Assembly (NCBI GenBank): GCA_963812015.1
Contig: CAWETI010000003.1
Location: 2,080,001-2,144,000 of the forward strand
Length of the DNA stretch: 64,000 nt
DNA from: an uncultured delta proteobacterium
GTDB lineage: Bacteria; Desulfobacterota; Desulfobaccia; Desulfobaccales; 0-14-0-80-60-11
Direction: 5' to 3'
Part shown: positions 19,619 through 29,348 of the stretch, piece by piece
How the letters are laid out: every line of letters starts with the position of its first letter
Position numbering within the stretch: position 1 is the stretch's first letter
Notes under the pieces: generated by a model
Seen by the model: only the letters and a program-made list of their open reading frames with translations
Databases searched by the model: none
Told to the model about the DNA's origin: nothing
Program-made: the position numbers and the translations under genes

Positions 19619-20239
19619 ATGACCGAAGTCATAAAATTTCTAACTAGCGGTACATGGCAAGCCAACACTACCATCGCCATAGTATTCTTATTGGCCATGA
19701 CAGCGGCTATGATCTTTCTGGCGGCTTTCTTACAGGGTCGCGACGTCTCGTTTTGGGGATTCAAAATCGGCGCGCGTCCCCGAAGCGACAACTCCGCTAT
19801 GAGCCAACACGCTTTAATCGCCAAAGGCTACGCAAGGATCACCAAGCCTGATCGCGGGCAAAAGGTGCCGTGGAGCTTTGCTGTTGAAGGGACTTTCAGG
19901 GATCTCCCAGAGGGCTACGAACTGTGGATATTCACAACTGCTGGTTCGGGTTTGTCTTCTCGGTACTGGCCACAAGCCCGGGCTGCTACGCGGGATGATA
20001 ATGGAACATGGAGAAGCAATGTCTATGGCATTGGTGGTGATACAGGTGCCATAAGGACTTTTGGAATATTTCTTGTCGGCCATGATGGCCAGGTTCTCAT
20101 TGAATTCTGGAAGGCCGCAGGACAATCTGTTGCGGCTGGAGCCCCTTGGCTCCCTCTAACACGGCTGACCCAAGACATTTATAAATATCATGAGGTGGAT
20201 GTTGTTGTCGAGTCCGGCAAGCCCCAGCAAACAGCCTAA
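19619..20239 (+). CDS. Hypothetical membrane-anchored protein with beta-rich domain; integron-cassette-like boundaries
   Basis: N-terminal TM, YWPQ...GTW motif, lower GC; GTTGGGC 9 nt before the ATG and stop codon inside GCCTAAC. Confidence 0.7.
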   Translation: MTEVIKFLTSGTWQANTTIAIVFLLAMTAAMIFLAAFLQGRDVSFWGFKIGARPRSDNSAMSQHALIAKGYARITKPDRGQKVPWSFAVEGTFRDLPEGYELWIFTTAGSGLSSRYWPQARAATRDDNGTWRSNVYGIGGDTGAIRTFGIFLVGHDGQVLIEFWKAAGQSVAAGAPWLPLTRLTQDIYKYHEVDVVVESGKPQQTA

Positions 20240-20380
20240 CTGAGCGATATACTACAAAGGTAGTGATTCCCATAAGTGCAGAATAGAAAAAATAATTCAA
20301 GACATCGACTTTTCGTTGCCAATTTGGCTTCATTTTATGGGGCAGGTAGATAAATAGAAGCTGACTACCGATCATTTATA

Positions 20381-20412
20381 CTAATCCCTGGCCCCTGACC
20401 CCTAATCTCTGC
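20381..20412. repeat. Heptamer array, right arm (complementary to 19331-19362)
   Basis: ctaatccctggcccctgacccctaatctctgc, immediately before the fdhD ATG. Confidence 0.8.
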
Positions 20413-20414
20413 CT

Positions 20415-21233
20415 ATGGCTGATCCCTTCAAAGAATTCCCCGTCTGGCGCTACCGCCAGGGCCGGGTGGAAGCCGCCCGGGACCGGGTGGCGGTGGAAGA
20501 GCCCCTGCAAATTCGCCTGGGCGGCGAGCCGTTTCAGGTGCTGATGCGCCTGCCGGGCTGGGAAAAGGAACTGGCCCTGGGGTTTCTTTATACCGAAGGC
20601 ATCATCCAAAATCTCTCCGAGGTCATCACCATTCACTTCTGCGGTACCGGGACCGACCCCCTCCTGCCTCCCAACGTGGTGGACGTCAGCCTGACGGAAG
20701 TGGCCCTGGCCCGGCGGGGCCGCCGCCACCTGGAAGTATCCTATTCCAGTTGCGGCCTCTGTGCCAAGGAGGCGGTGAGCGAGATCTGCTTGAAGGTTCC
20801 CAAAGTGGCCGGCAACCTCACCGTTTCCCCGGCGGCGCTCTTTGCCCTCATGCACCGTCTCCAGGAGTCCCAGCCCATCTTTCAGGCCACGGGCGGGACC
20901 CACGCCGTGGCCCTGACCCGCCCCGACGGCGGGGGGTTCATCTCTGCCGAGGACGTGGGGCGCCATAACGCCATGGATAAGGTCATCGGCCGGGCCGTCC
21001 TCACCCGGCAGGACCTCACCGGCATGGTGGCCCTGCTCAGCGGCCGCATCAGCTTCGAAATGGCCCTCAAAACCATCCGCGCCGGCATCCCCATCCTGGC
21101 CGCAGTCTCGGCCCCTACCTCCATGGCCCTGGAACTGGCCCAGGAACTCAACCTCACCACCGTGGGCTTCCTCCGGAACCAGCGCCTCAATATCTACACC
21201 GCCCCGGAGCGGGTGGTGGAGGGAGGGCATTAG
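20415..21233 (+). CDS. fdhD: Formate dehydrogenase accessory sulfurtransferase
   Basis: EEPL, SSCGLC, TGGTHA, EDVGRHNAMDKVIG, SGRISFE and SAPTS. Confidence 0.95.
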   Translation: MADPFKEFPVWRYRQGRVEAARDRVAVEEPLQIRLGGEPFQVLMRLPGWEKELALGFLYTEGIIQNLSEVITIHFCGTGTDPLLPPNVVDVSLTEVALARRGRRHLEVSYSSCGLCAKEAVSEICLKVPKVAGNLTVSPAALFALMHRLQESQPIFQATGGTHAVALTRPDGGGFISAEDVGRHNAMDKVIGRAVLTRQDLTGMVALLSGRISFEMALKTIRAGIPILAAVSAPTSMALELAQELNLTTVGFLRNQRLNIYTAPERVVEGGH

Positions 21234-21235
21234 AC

Positions 21236-21340
21236 TTGGGAGAGGAGGCCAGGGGCCGACGGCCCCTGCCCCCTCTCCCAAACCCTCTCCCCCAACCCCC
21301 ATAAGAAAAGCAGGGGCGACCCGCCGGGCCGCCCCCTTAC
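21236..21340. repeat. GC-rich palindromic REP-like elements
   Basis: TTGGGAGAGG...CCTCTCCCAA hairpin, and GCAGGGGCGACCCGCCGGGCCGCCCCCTTAC (GTAG-REP-like). Confidence 0.6.
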
Positions 21341-21350
21341 AAAAAAACAA

Positions 21351-21392
21351 AAAACCGAAAACTGAAAACTGGAAACTGGAAACCGAAAACCG
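21351..21392. repeat. Six-unit heptamer array (RAAACYG)
   Basis: aaaaccg aaaactg aaaactg gaaactg gaaaccg aaaaccg, just after the Tim44 gene stop. Confidence 0.8.
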
Positions 21393-21396
21393 TCTT

Positions 21397-22404
21397 CTAA
21401 TCCGCCTGGTTGATGGCGGACAGTTGCCAGGGGTTATTGCCCACGGACCGGGTAAGGGTCCAGTATTCCTCGAACTTCACCGGCTCCGTTTTGCTCCCTT
21501 CCACTACCTGCCCGGTGCTTTCATCCACGTTATAGTCCAGGAGGTTGGCGTAAACGCGCGCCGTAATGAAGTCGGAGCCCGATTCCTGCCAGGCCTCGGT
21601 GATATCCACGGACCGCACCGCGATATTTTCCAGCCGGTTGATTTTTTTCTGGGCCTTGAGCTGGTCCGCGTCTTGCTGGAAAATCCGGTACATTTCATCG
21701 GTCAGCAGGTTTTTGACCGGGGCCATATCCCGGTTGGCCCAGGCCCCCTGAATCTTGAAGAAGGTATCCATGCACATATCCTGGAACTTGGCTTCGTCGA
21801 ATCCCGGGTCGAATTGCCGGATATTGGCCAGACCCTGCTCCAGGTCCCGGTCGCCCTGGGGCGCCGCGGCCTGGGGTTGGTCATACACCGGCGGAAAATG
21901 CGGCTGGGGGGGCAGTTCCACGGTGCCGCTGCTCTGGTAATACCCCGACGTGGCCTCGGCTTCCTGGCGCTTCTTCTTGATGTACCAATAAACCAGGTAG
22001 CCAATGCCCGCCAGCAGCAGAATATCCATCAGGCCGATGCCGCCCCCGCCGCCGCCCGCGGCGCCGCCGGAGGCCGACGGTCCGCCGAACAGGCTATGGA
22101 AGAGCATGCCGCCGGCCAGGCCACCCAGGAGGCCGCCGCCGAAGCTCCGCAGAAAGCCGCCTGAGGATGGCGCCGTGGCGCCCGGAAGCGGTGTCGATGG
22201 CCGGGTGGGATTGACAGATGGGGATGGCTGCGTGGGTCGGGGCGCGGTGTAGGGTGTGGGGGCCGACATGGACCGGGAGCCGCGGCTGCCCATGGACCCG
22301 CCGCCTCCCGCCCGGGCCCAGGCATCCACGTGGAAAGCCCAGGTACACAGGAACAACAGGGCAAAAAGGGTCAGGACACCTTTTGTCCAGGTTTTCAACA
22401 CCAT
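21397..22404 (-). CDS. Tim44 domain-containing membrane protein
   Basis: ARAGGGGSMGSRGSR N-terminus, Gly-rich TM region, C-terminal FEEYWT...WQLSAI. Confidence 0.9.
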   Translation of the reverse strand: MVLKTWTKGVLTLFALLFLCTWAFHVDAWARAGGGGSMGSRGSRSMSAPTPYTAPRPTQPSPSVNPTRPSTPLPGATAPSSGGFLRSFGGGLLGGLAGGMLFHSLFGGPSASGGAAGGGGGGIGLMDILLLAGIGYLVYWYIKKKRQEAEATSGYYQSSGTVELPPQPHFPPVYDQPQAAAPQGDRDLEQGLANIRQFDPGFDEAKFQDMCMDTFFKIQGAWANRDMAPVKNLLTDEMYRIFQQDADQLKAQKKINRLENIAVRSVDITEAWQESGSDFITARVYANLLDYNVDESTGQVVEGSKTEPVKFEEYWTLTRSVGNNPWQLSAINQAD

Positions 22405-22593
22405 AAGATTTCCTCCGAGTCAACTTCGGGTTATAGGCAAGTCTCTCAATACGCTTATTATTATATCGGTTCGGCCAGCGTAAATCACCACAATTCCCCT
22501 CATCGCCTCATCGCCAGAGCCCGGTGGGGTTAACGACCACCTCGCACCAGTCAAGCGAGCCGGGGCGACCGCCTGGCGGACCGTGGGCCGCTT

Positions 22594-23340
22594 CTATTTG
22601 ACCGGTTTGACCCCCAGCTTTTCCAACTCCCCGCAGCAGAGGGCGCTCCCCAGCCGGCAACCAGCCTGGTAATCGGCGATGGCCTTGTCCTGCTGCCCCA
22701 GGTGGTGCCGGTAAATATTGCCCCGGAAGAAATACGACAGCGCCAGGTCCGGCTGCAGGGAGATGGCGGTGGTAAAATCATCCACCGCCTTCTGGTATTC
22801 CCCCTGACAGAACCAGGCCATACCCCGCTTGTTAAACACCCAGGGGTCCCGGGGGGCCAGCCGGGCGGCCCGGTTGAGGTCGGCGATGGCCTCGGCGAAC
22901 TGGCCTTCCTGGGCCAGGCAGTCTCCCCTTTCCTTACAGGCCTCGGCGTTCCTGGGGTCACATTTCATGGCCTGGGTAAAGATCCAAATGGCCTCCGGGC
23001 GCCGTTCCAATGCCACCAGGATATTCCCCTTGGCCAGGAGGAACTTGACATTTTTGGGGTTGTCCGCCAGGGCCAGGTCCACATCCTCCAGGGCCTCTTT
23101 ATTGCGCCCCAGGCCATTCAGGGCCAGGGCCCGGTAATACCTGGCCTCCAACACCTGGGGATAGCGGTCCACGTATTCATTAAGCAGTTTCAGGGCCTCC
23201 TCGTTGCGCCCCGCCTTCTGGGCCTCCATCCCCTTGACCAGGAGGGCCTGCCCGGCCCAAGTCGGAACCGCCATGACCATCAGACAGAAGAGGGACATGA
23301 CAACCGTTCGCCGTGAAACCATTGCCGGTCTCCTTGCCAC
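22594..23340 (-). CDS. Secreted TPR-repeat protein
   Basis: Signal peptide plus multiple TPRs; exact start uncertain. Confidence 0.85.
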   Translation of the reverse strand: MARRPAMVSRRTVVMSLFCLMVMAVPTWAGQALLVKGMEAQKAGRNEEALKLLNEYVDRYPQVLEARYYRALALNGLGRNKEALEDVDLALADNPKNVKFLLAKGNILVALERRPEAIWIFTQAMKCDPRNAEACKERGDCLAQEGQFAEAIADLNRAARLAPRDPWVFNKRGMAWFCQGEYQKAVDDFTTAISLQPDLALSYFFRGNIYRHHLGQQDKAIADYQAGCRLGSALCCGELEKLGVKPVK

Positions 23341-23441
23341 CTTGCTGGCGCTCAGTATGATCGGCCCGGGCCAGGATAATAAAGGGCCACTGCCGGGGCA
23401 GATGACCCTTTATACCACAAATTGATTTTTCCCTTCCAGAC

Positions 23442-24287
23442 TTAATAACTACGCATGGCCCTCAGGCGCGCCACCCGCTCTTCAATGGGCGGGTGCGTGC
23501 TGAACAAGTTCATGAGGTTGCTGCCCGTCAGGGGGTTGACGATGAACATGTGGGCCGTGGCCGGGCTGGCGTTCATGGGGGCCCGCTGCACCCCCATGGA
23601 GAGCTTCTCCAGGGCCCGGGCCAGAGATTCGGGATTGTGGGCCAGGTGCGCCCCGGTCTCGTCCGCCAGGTATTCCCGGGACCGGGAGACCGCCATCTGG
23701 ATGAGCATGGCCGCGATGGGGGCGATGATGGACATCACCAAGACCCCGATAATGCCGCCTCCTTCGTCATCGTCCCGGCCCCCGCCAAAGATGGCGCCGA
23801 ACCGGGCCATGTCCGCCAGGATCATGATGGCCCCGGCCATGGTGGCGGCGATGGTGGAAATCAGGATGTCCCGGTTCCGGACGTGGCCGATCTCGTGGGC
23901 CAGCACCCCTTTTAATTCCACGGGGGTAAGCAAGCGCATGATCCCTTCAGTGGCCGCCACCGCGGCGTGGTCCGGGTTGCGGCCCGTGGCAAAGGCATTG
24001 GGGGAGTCGTCCGGAATAATGTAGACCCGGGGTTTGGGGATGCCGGCCTCCCGGGCCAGTTCCTCAACGATTTGGTGCAGTTGGGGGGCATCCGCCGGGG
24101 TCACTTCCTGGGCGCCGTACATCTTCAGCACGATCTTGTCGGAGAACCAGTAGCTGAAGAAGTTCATGCCCAGGGCCAAGAGAAAGGCCAGATACATGCC
24201 GGAGCGCCCGCCTAAAAGTCTCCCGATGACGATGAGAAAAGCGGTCATGCCGGCCAGCAACAGCACCGTTTTAATGCGGTTTTCCAT
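23442..24287 (-). CDS. htpX: Zinc metalloprotease HtpX
   Basis: [24 protein letters not shown] and FSTHPP. Confidence 0.95.
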   Translation of the reverse strand: MENRIKTVLLLAGMTAFLIVIGRLLGGRSGMYLAFLLALGMNFFSYWFSDKIVLKMYGAQEVTPADAPQLHQIVEELAREAGIPKPRVYIIPDDSPNAFATGRNPDHAAVAATEGIMRLLTPVELKGVLAHEIGHVRNRDILISTIAATMAGAIMILADMARFGAIFGGGRDDDEGGGIIGVLVMSIIAPIAAMLIQMAVSRSREYLADETGAHLAHNPESLARALEKLSMGVQRAPMNASPATAHMFIVNPLTGSNLMNLFSTHPPIEERVARLRAMRSY

Positions 24288-24385
24288 AAATCTTACTCCC
24301 AACCCAACCGAGGTCCGCCCATGCCGGGAAACTCGTCAGGTTTAGATCTCTCTTTGTAGACGGCGATTTTCCTTAAATAGTAAAA

Positions 24386-25150
24386 TCAGTCATGATTCTT
24401 GTCAATAGAATCCGGCGGCCCACCTGGATGGATAACATAAAGAAAATATTCCTGATTCCCCTTGGGGCCCTTCAAGGGCGAGGGAAAAGCCGGACTCACT
24501 TGAAAGCCCAGATCGGTGGCTGCCGCAGCCACCTTTTGGACCGCCGCCCGTTGCATCTCTGGGTCCCGGACCACCCCGCCTTTGCCCACCTGGCCTTTGC
24601 CCACTTCGAATTGGGGTTTTACCAGGGCCACGATCTCCCCCCCGGGCCGGAGCCATTGCAGGATTTTCGGAAGCACCAGGGTCAGGGAGATGAAGGACAG
24701 GTCCAGGGTGGCCAAATCAATGGGCTCGGGGATGGCTTCTTTGGGCAGGTGGCGGATGTTGACGCGCTCCAGCACCACCACCCGGGGGTCGTGCCTGAGG
24801 CCGGCGTCCAGCTGCCCATAGCCCACATCTACGGCATAGACTTTCCGGACGCCCCGGGTCAGGAGGCAGTGGGTGAAGCCCCCGGTGGAGGCCCCCGTAT
24901 CCAGAGCCGTCTTGCCGGCGGGGGAGATCTCAAAATGGTCCAAGGCCCCGGCCAGTTTCTCTCCGCCCCGGCTGACAAAGGGGGGCGACTCCTTCAAGGT
25001 GACCTGGATTGCATCCGGCACCAGGGTGCCGGCCTTGGCCGCACTGGCCCCCTCCACCTGCACCCTTCCGGCCAGGATCAAGGCCTGGGCCTGGGCCCGG
25101 CTTTTGGCCAGGCCTCGCACCACCAGCAGTTGGTCGAGTCGCGTTTTCAT
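24386..25150 (-). CDS. tlyA: TlyA family RNA methyltransferase
   Basis: RLDQLLV..GL, FVSRGGEKL, GASTGGFT, LVKPQFE and GPKGNQEY. Confidence 0.93.
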   Translation of the reverse strand: MKTRLDQLLVVRGLAKSRAQAQALILAGRVQVEGASAAKAGTLVPDAIQVTLKESPPFVSRGGEKLAGALDHFEISPAGKTALDTGASTGGFTHCLLTRGVRKVYAVDVGYGQLDAGLRHDPRVVVLERVNIRHLPKEAIPEPIDLATLDLSFISLTLVLPKILQWLRPGGEIVALVKPQFEVGKGQVGKGGVVRDPEMQRAAVQKVAAAATDLGFQVSPAFPSPLKGPKGNQEYFLYVIHPGGPPDSIDKNHD

Positions 25151-25661
25151 CTGCACCTCGCCCTGGCTCGGCGTTGACAAAATATTTACCCTGCGGCCGC
25201 CCTGATGTCACCCTGCATGGCGCTCTAGTCAAGACCGGCCCAATCCAATTCAGCCTCCAGGTCGCCTAGCGCCTGGCAGGCGTACCGGTTAACCCTTGGG
25301 GAAAATTCTATCATGAATCGGCTGACCGCAGGAATTTTCGCGATAGTTGACCTACCGGTGTTCCGGCCTTCCGCACCCCTTCATCCAGGCATTGCCCCCA
25401 TCAAACCCGCCCTTCGGGGCGATGCCGAACCTCGCGGCAGTTCTTCTGAATTTGAGGAAGGTGCGGGGCTTGGCACGATAGGTGGGCATCAGCGGGGCAT
25501 GGCGGAATGGTCCAGGAGAAAATAACAAAAACCAGAAGCTGCATGGCTCCTTCAGGATGTACCGGGGCAATAAAGTCCCGTTTATCTCACCCGCAACGGT
25601 CCTCTGGATGACGGGCCCGGGAGGCGAAATAGCCGCGGCCGCGGTCAGCCTGCGCCTGGAG

Positions 25662-26219
25662 CTAACTCGAGTAGGTTTGCCGATCTTTGAACATCCGGTA
25701 CTGGACCGCGTACCCGAAGCCCCCCAGCACCAGCACCGCCACGACCGCCAGGAAGTTGGCCCCCCCGCCCTTAAAGGCCAAGGCCGGGAAAAGCAAGCCC
25801 AGGCCCAAGACTATCTGCACGGCGCCGCTGAAGGCGGTGGATAGCATCACGAAGAGATCCCGGGCGTGATAGAACATAAACCCCACGAGCACCGCCCCCA
25901 GCCCCCCCAGCACGATCACCACTCCCTGGGAGGCATTCAGGGCCAGGCCCAATGAGCTCAAGATCATGAGGCCCAAGGCCGCCCCAATCACGATGACGCT
26001 GACACTCCAGAGGGGATAGGCGAGCACCGCCAGGACCACCGCGGCCCCGCCGCCGATCACCAGGGCCAGCCATGGATAGCCGGCCGGGACGAAGGACTGG
26101 CCAAGCACGTAGCCATAGATCAAGCCGGCCAGGACCAAGAAAATGCGGAATAATGGGTAGCCATAAAAACAACTGGCCAGACCGACGAGGATAGCGGCGA
26201 TGCCAAACCATGCATCCAT
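25662..26219 (-). CDS. DUF4203/TMEM198-like membrane protein
   Basis: CFYGYPLFR near the N-terminus, STAFSGA and G..VQ at the C-terminus; about 6 TM. Confidence 0.75.
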   Translation of the reverse strand: MDAWFGIAAILVGLASCFYGYPLFRIFLVLAGLIYGYVLGQSFVPAGYPWLALVIGGGAAVVLAVLAYPLWSVSVIVIGAALGLMILSSLGLALNASQGVVIVLGGLGAVLVGFMFYHARDLFVMLSTAFSGAVQIVLGLGLLFPALAFKGGGANFLAVVAVLVLGGFGYAVQYRMFKDRQTYSS

Positions 26220-26533
26220 GGGCAGGGTTCCTTTCTGGTGTCTCACCGAAGATTATGCCGCAGGTTGCCTCGGCCGGTCTCGATTTTGAGCCTGGAGCCG
26301 CTTGGCCCGAGGTTTGACGGTGATGGTGGACAAACTATGACCAATTTTTTCCCAGCTCCTCCGGCTTTTTACCTGAATCGCATCGCCCCGGGCCATCTCG
26401 GTAAGGCCCGGCTATCCGGCCGCATAACTCACGATGGTCAAAAGACGCGATGAGCCGCCGGGTGAATTAAGGCCCACCCGGCAAAACTCCTGGTTCTCTC
26501 AGAACCCTCAAGCAGGCCCGGGACTCCCTATCC

Positions 26534-26908
26534 TTACAACAGCTGCTCTTTCACCAGGTATTCCATGGACCGCTGGGCATAGGTGGTCATGGTGCTGATC
26601 ATCCAGGTGAGATGGGACTGGATGTCGGCGTACATGCTGGCGTCGGCCATCCCGATGATGCCCTTCATCACCGTTTGCACCCGGGTCATGTCGGGGTGGT
26701 CGATCTGTATCTGGGTCAGGTTGACCTCCTGCTCCAGGCCTTTGAGAAAATCCAGGAAGAGCCGGCCGGCCCCTTCCCGTTCCTGCCCATCCATCTGGAT
26801 CACGGTGGTGAGCAGGCGGGATGCGAGGATAAGCTCCGCTTTCACCCGGTCGGCAAAATGAAACGTCAGAATAGCCTGTCGCCGGTTGGCCGGGAAGGCT
26901 TCAGCCAT
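26534..26908 (-). CDS. Hypothetical helical protein
   Basis: SD GGAGGTG before ATG 26908; host-like codon usage. Confidence 0.7.
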   Translation of the reverse strand: MAEAFPANRRQAILTFHFADRVKAELILASRLLTTVIQMDGQEREGAGRLFLDFLKGLEQEVNLTQIQIDHPDMTRVQTVMKGIIGMADASMYADIQSHLTWMISTMTTYAQRSMEYLVKEQLL

Positions 26909-27047
26909 ATCGTCACCTCCGATTAATCTGCCGCTCAATTTACCATATCTGCAGTGCCGCCACAACCTGGGGCCGGCGGCCCGAGACGGCCACCCCGGTT
27001 GGCCGATTCAGCTCGATCCCCGCCGGGAGGATTCACCCTGCCCACCC

Positions 27048-28481
27048 TTAAGAGGCTGAACTTTTGGGAAAGACCTCCGGTAAGGCGGTCAAGTCGGGAG
27101 TGGCAGAGATATTTTGCTTCTTGATCTTCTCCAGCAGGGTGGTGCGGTTGAGGTGGAGGAGTTGAGCCGCCCGGCTTTTTACCCAGTCGCTCTGGCGCAA
27201 AGCCTTGAGGATCAGGTTCCGTTCGAAGGCCTGGACCGCGTCGGTAAAATGGATGCCCTGGGCCGGGAATCCCTCGGCCTCTTCTTGAGCGGGAAGGATG
27301 AGCCGCTGAAACCTCTCGGGCAGGTCGGACACCTCAATGACTTCGCCTTCGGTCAGGATGATCAGGCGTTCCACCAGGTTTTCCAACTCCCGGACGTTCC
27401 CGGGCCAGGGATGCTGCAAGAGCAGGTCCTGGGCCGCGGCGCTGATACGCTTGAGGGGCTTTTTCTTGGTGCGGCTATACACCTGGAGAAAGTGCTGCAA
27501 CAGCAGCGGGATATCGGAGACCCGCTCCCGCAGGGGCGGAACCTGGATGGGAATGACATTGAGGCGGTAGAACAAATCCTCCCGGAACCGGTTCTGGCGC
27601 ACCAGTTCTTCCAGGTCCCGATTGGTGGCGGCGATCACCCGGATATCCACCCGCATCGTCTTGATGCCGCCGATTCTTTCAAAGGAGTGATCCTGGAGGA
27701 CCCGGAGGATCTTCACCTGGAGGCCGGGGCTCATCTCCGAGATCTCGTCCAAAAAGATCGTGCCGCCGCTAGCCTGCTCAAAGCGGCCGATCCGGGTGCG
27801 CACCGCATGGGTAAAGGCGCCCCGTTCGTGCCCAAAGAGCTCGCTCTCAAGCAGTTCTTCGGGGATGGCGGCGCAGTTTACCGGGATCAGGGGTCCCTCC
27901 CGACGGCAACTGTTATAATGGATGGCCCGGGCGATGAGTTCCTTGCCGGTGCCGGATTCACCCAGGATCAAGACGGTGCTGTCGGTATCCGCCACCTTAC
28001 GGATCAGATCAAAGACCCGGGTTATGGCGTGGCTGTCGCCCACCATGTTGGCGAAACCGTACCGCCGGTGGAGTTGTTTCTTCAGGTGGACATTCTCCCA
28101 TTTAAGGCGGCGGTGCTCCAGGGCCCGGGCCACCACCAGGCGGAGTTCGGTGGGGTCCACGGGTTTGGTGAAGTAATCATAGGCCCCCTGGCGCATGGCG
28201 GACACCGCGTTGGTGATGGTGCCGTAACCGGTGATGATGATGCACGGGCAGTCGGGCTGTTCCCGCCTCAGGTATTTCAGCAGTTCCATGCCGCCCAGGC
28301 CGGGTAAGGCCAGGTCGCTGAGCACCAGGTCAAAGGCCTGCTCTTTCAGGCAAAGCAAGCCCTGTTCCCCATCGGCGGCGGAGGTTACTGCGTAGCCTTC
28401 GGCCGCCAAAATCTCTTTCAAGCTCTGGAGCAGGGCCGGATCATCATCCACCACCAGGATGGAGGCGTTATCCCGTTTCAT
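27048..28481 (-). CDS. Sigma-54-dependent response regulator (NtrC/AtoC type)
   Basis: Receiver domain, GESGTGKE, GAFTHA, WPGNVRELEN and Fis-type HTH. Confidence 0.95.
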   Translation of the reverse strand: MKRDNASILVVDDDPALLQSLKEILAAEGYAVTSAADGEQGLLCLKEQAFDLVLSDLALPGLGGMELLKYLRREQPDCPCIIITGYGTITNAVSAMRQGAYDYFTKPVDPTELRLVVARALEHRRLKWENVHLKKQLHRRYGFANMVGDSHAITRVFDLIRKVADTDSTVLILGESGTGKELIARAIHYNSCRREGPLIPVNCAAIPEELLESELFGHERGAFTHAVRTRIGRFEQASGGTIFLDEISEMSPGLQVKILRVLQDHSFERIGGIKTMRVDIRVIAATNRDLEELVRQNRFREDLFYRLNVIPIQVPPLRERVSDIPLLLQHFLQVYSRTKKKPLKRISAAAQDLLLQHPWPGNVRELENLVERLIILTEGEVIEVSDLPERFQRLILPAQEEAEGFPAQGIHFTDAVQAFERNLILKALRQSDWVKSRAAQLLHLNRTTLLEKIKKQNISATPDLTALPEVFPKSSAS

Positions 28482-28640
28482 AAAAGATCTCCCACAGTTA
28501 GTAAAGGATACACCAAATTCCCCCGAGTGTCAATAAAATGACATACCCCAAACTCTTTCTTAATAAGGCGCGCGGGAAAAGGGTTGACTTGGAAAAAATA
28601 ATATTGTTATGCTGTGACAACCCTTGCGTGAGGAGAACTA

Positions 28641-29204
28641 GTGTTACCTACTCTTGCTGTAATTTTATGGGCTTATGGAATGTACGCCCTGCTTTCCTAT
28701 ATTTCCCAGCGCAAGGGCGGCCATCTCCGAAGTCGCAGCCGTTGGCGTAAGCTTACCTGGCTTACCGTAGTGGGTAGTGTCGGCGCCGGAGTGGGGGTCC
28801 TCTGCTGGTGCTGCCTCTCCCCCGACAAGAGTGATCACCGGCTGAAACTTACCGGTTTTCTAGGAACCGTATATGCCGAGGGCTGGCCGGACCGGGTAGA
28901 TCAGGGTCAGTATCCGCCAGTCAAAAGCCAGAACCAAGGGTCAGGGGAACAGCCGGTTTATGCCTTGTTGCACCCGGAGACCCCGGTAAGCCAGTTCGAG
29001 CCGGAAAAGAAACTTCCCAAACCCAGACCGGGCCGGGCCGCCAAGCAGGGGTCTTCGGTCCACGCCCAGGATAAGGCCGGTAAAACCACCAAGGCCACCA
29101 AAGCCACGGCCCCACCGTCTAAAAAGGACAAAGTGGCCGCCAAGAGCCACGCCGATAAAAAGCGGCCTTCGGCGGCGCGAGGCAAGCCGGCCAATGCCGG
29201 TTAG
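28641..29204 (+). CDS. Hypothetical membrane-anchored protein with Lys/Ala-rich tail
   Basis: TM segments, then a low-complexity basic tail; start uncertain. Confidence 0.5.
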   Translation: MLPTLAVILWAYGMYALLSYISQRKGGHLRSRSRWRKLTWLTVVGSVGAGVGVLCWCCLSPDKSDHRLKLTGFLGTVYAEGWPDRVDQGQYPPVKSQNQGSGEQPVYALLHPETPVSQFEPEKKLPKPRPGRAAKQGSSVHAQDKAGKTTKATKATAPPSKKDKVAAKSHADKKRPSAARGKPANAG

Positions 29205-29348
29205 CAACCTGAAAGCCGCCACCCGGCGCCGGGTTGACCCACAGCCACTGTGATCCGCCACTTACCGAGACATCCGGAAGTTTTTTCCTTAAAAGCCTGG
29301 AAGCGGGGCCTCCGGCTGAAGCCGCAGCCGCGCCTGGCAGGGTAACCG

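Noticed and set aside
20097..20375. 92-aa minus-strand ORF
   Set aside because: Overlaps the 3' end of the plus-strand gene; the AT-rich part may be a gene fragment but is not supportable as an intact CDS.
25401..25544. 47-aa minus-strand ORF MQLLVFVIFSWTIPPCPADAH...
   Set aside because: The SD is only about 2 nt from the ATG and there is no recognisable motif; cannot be supported from sequence alone.
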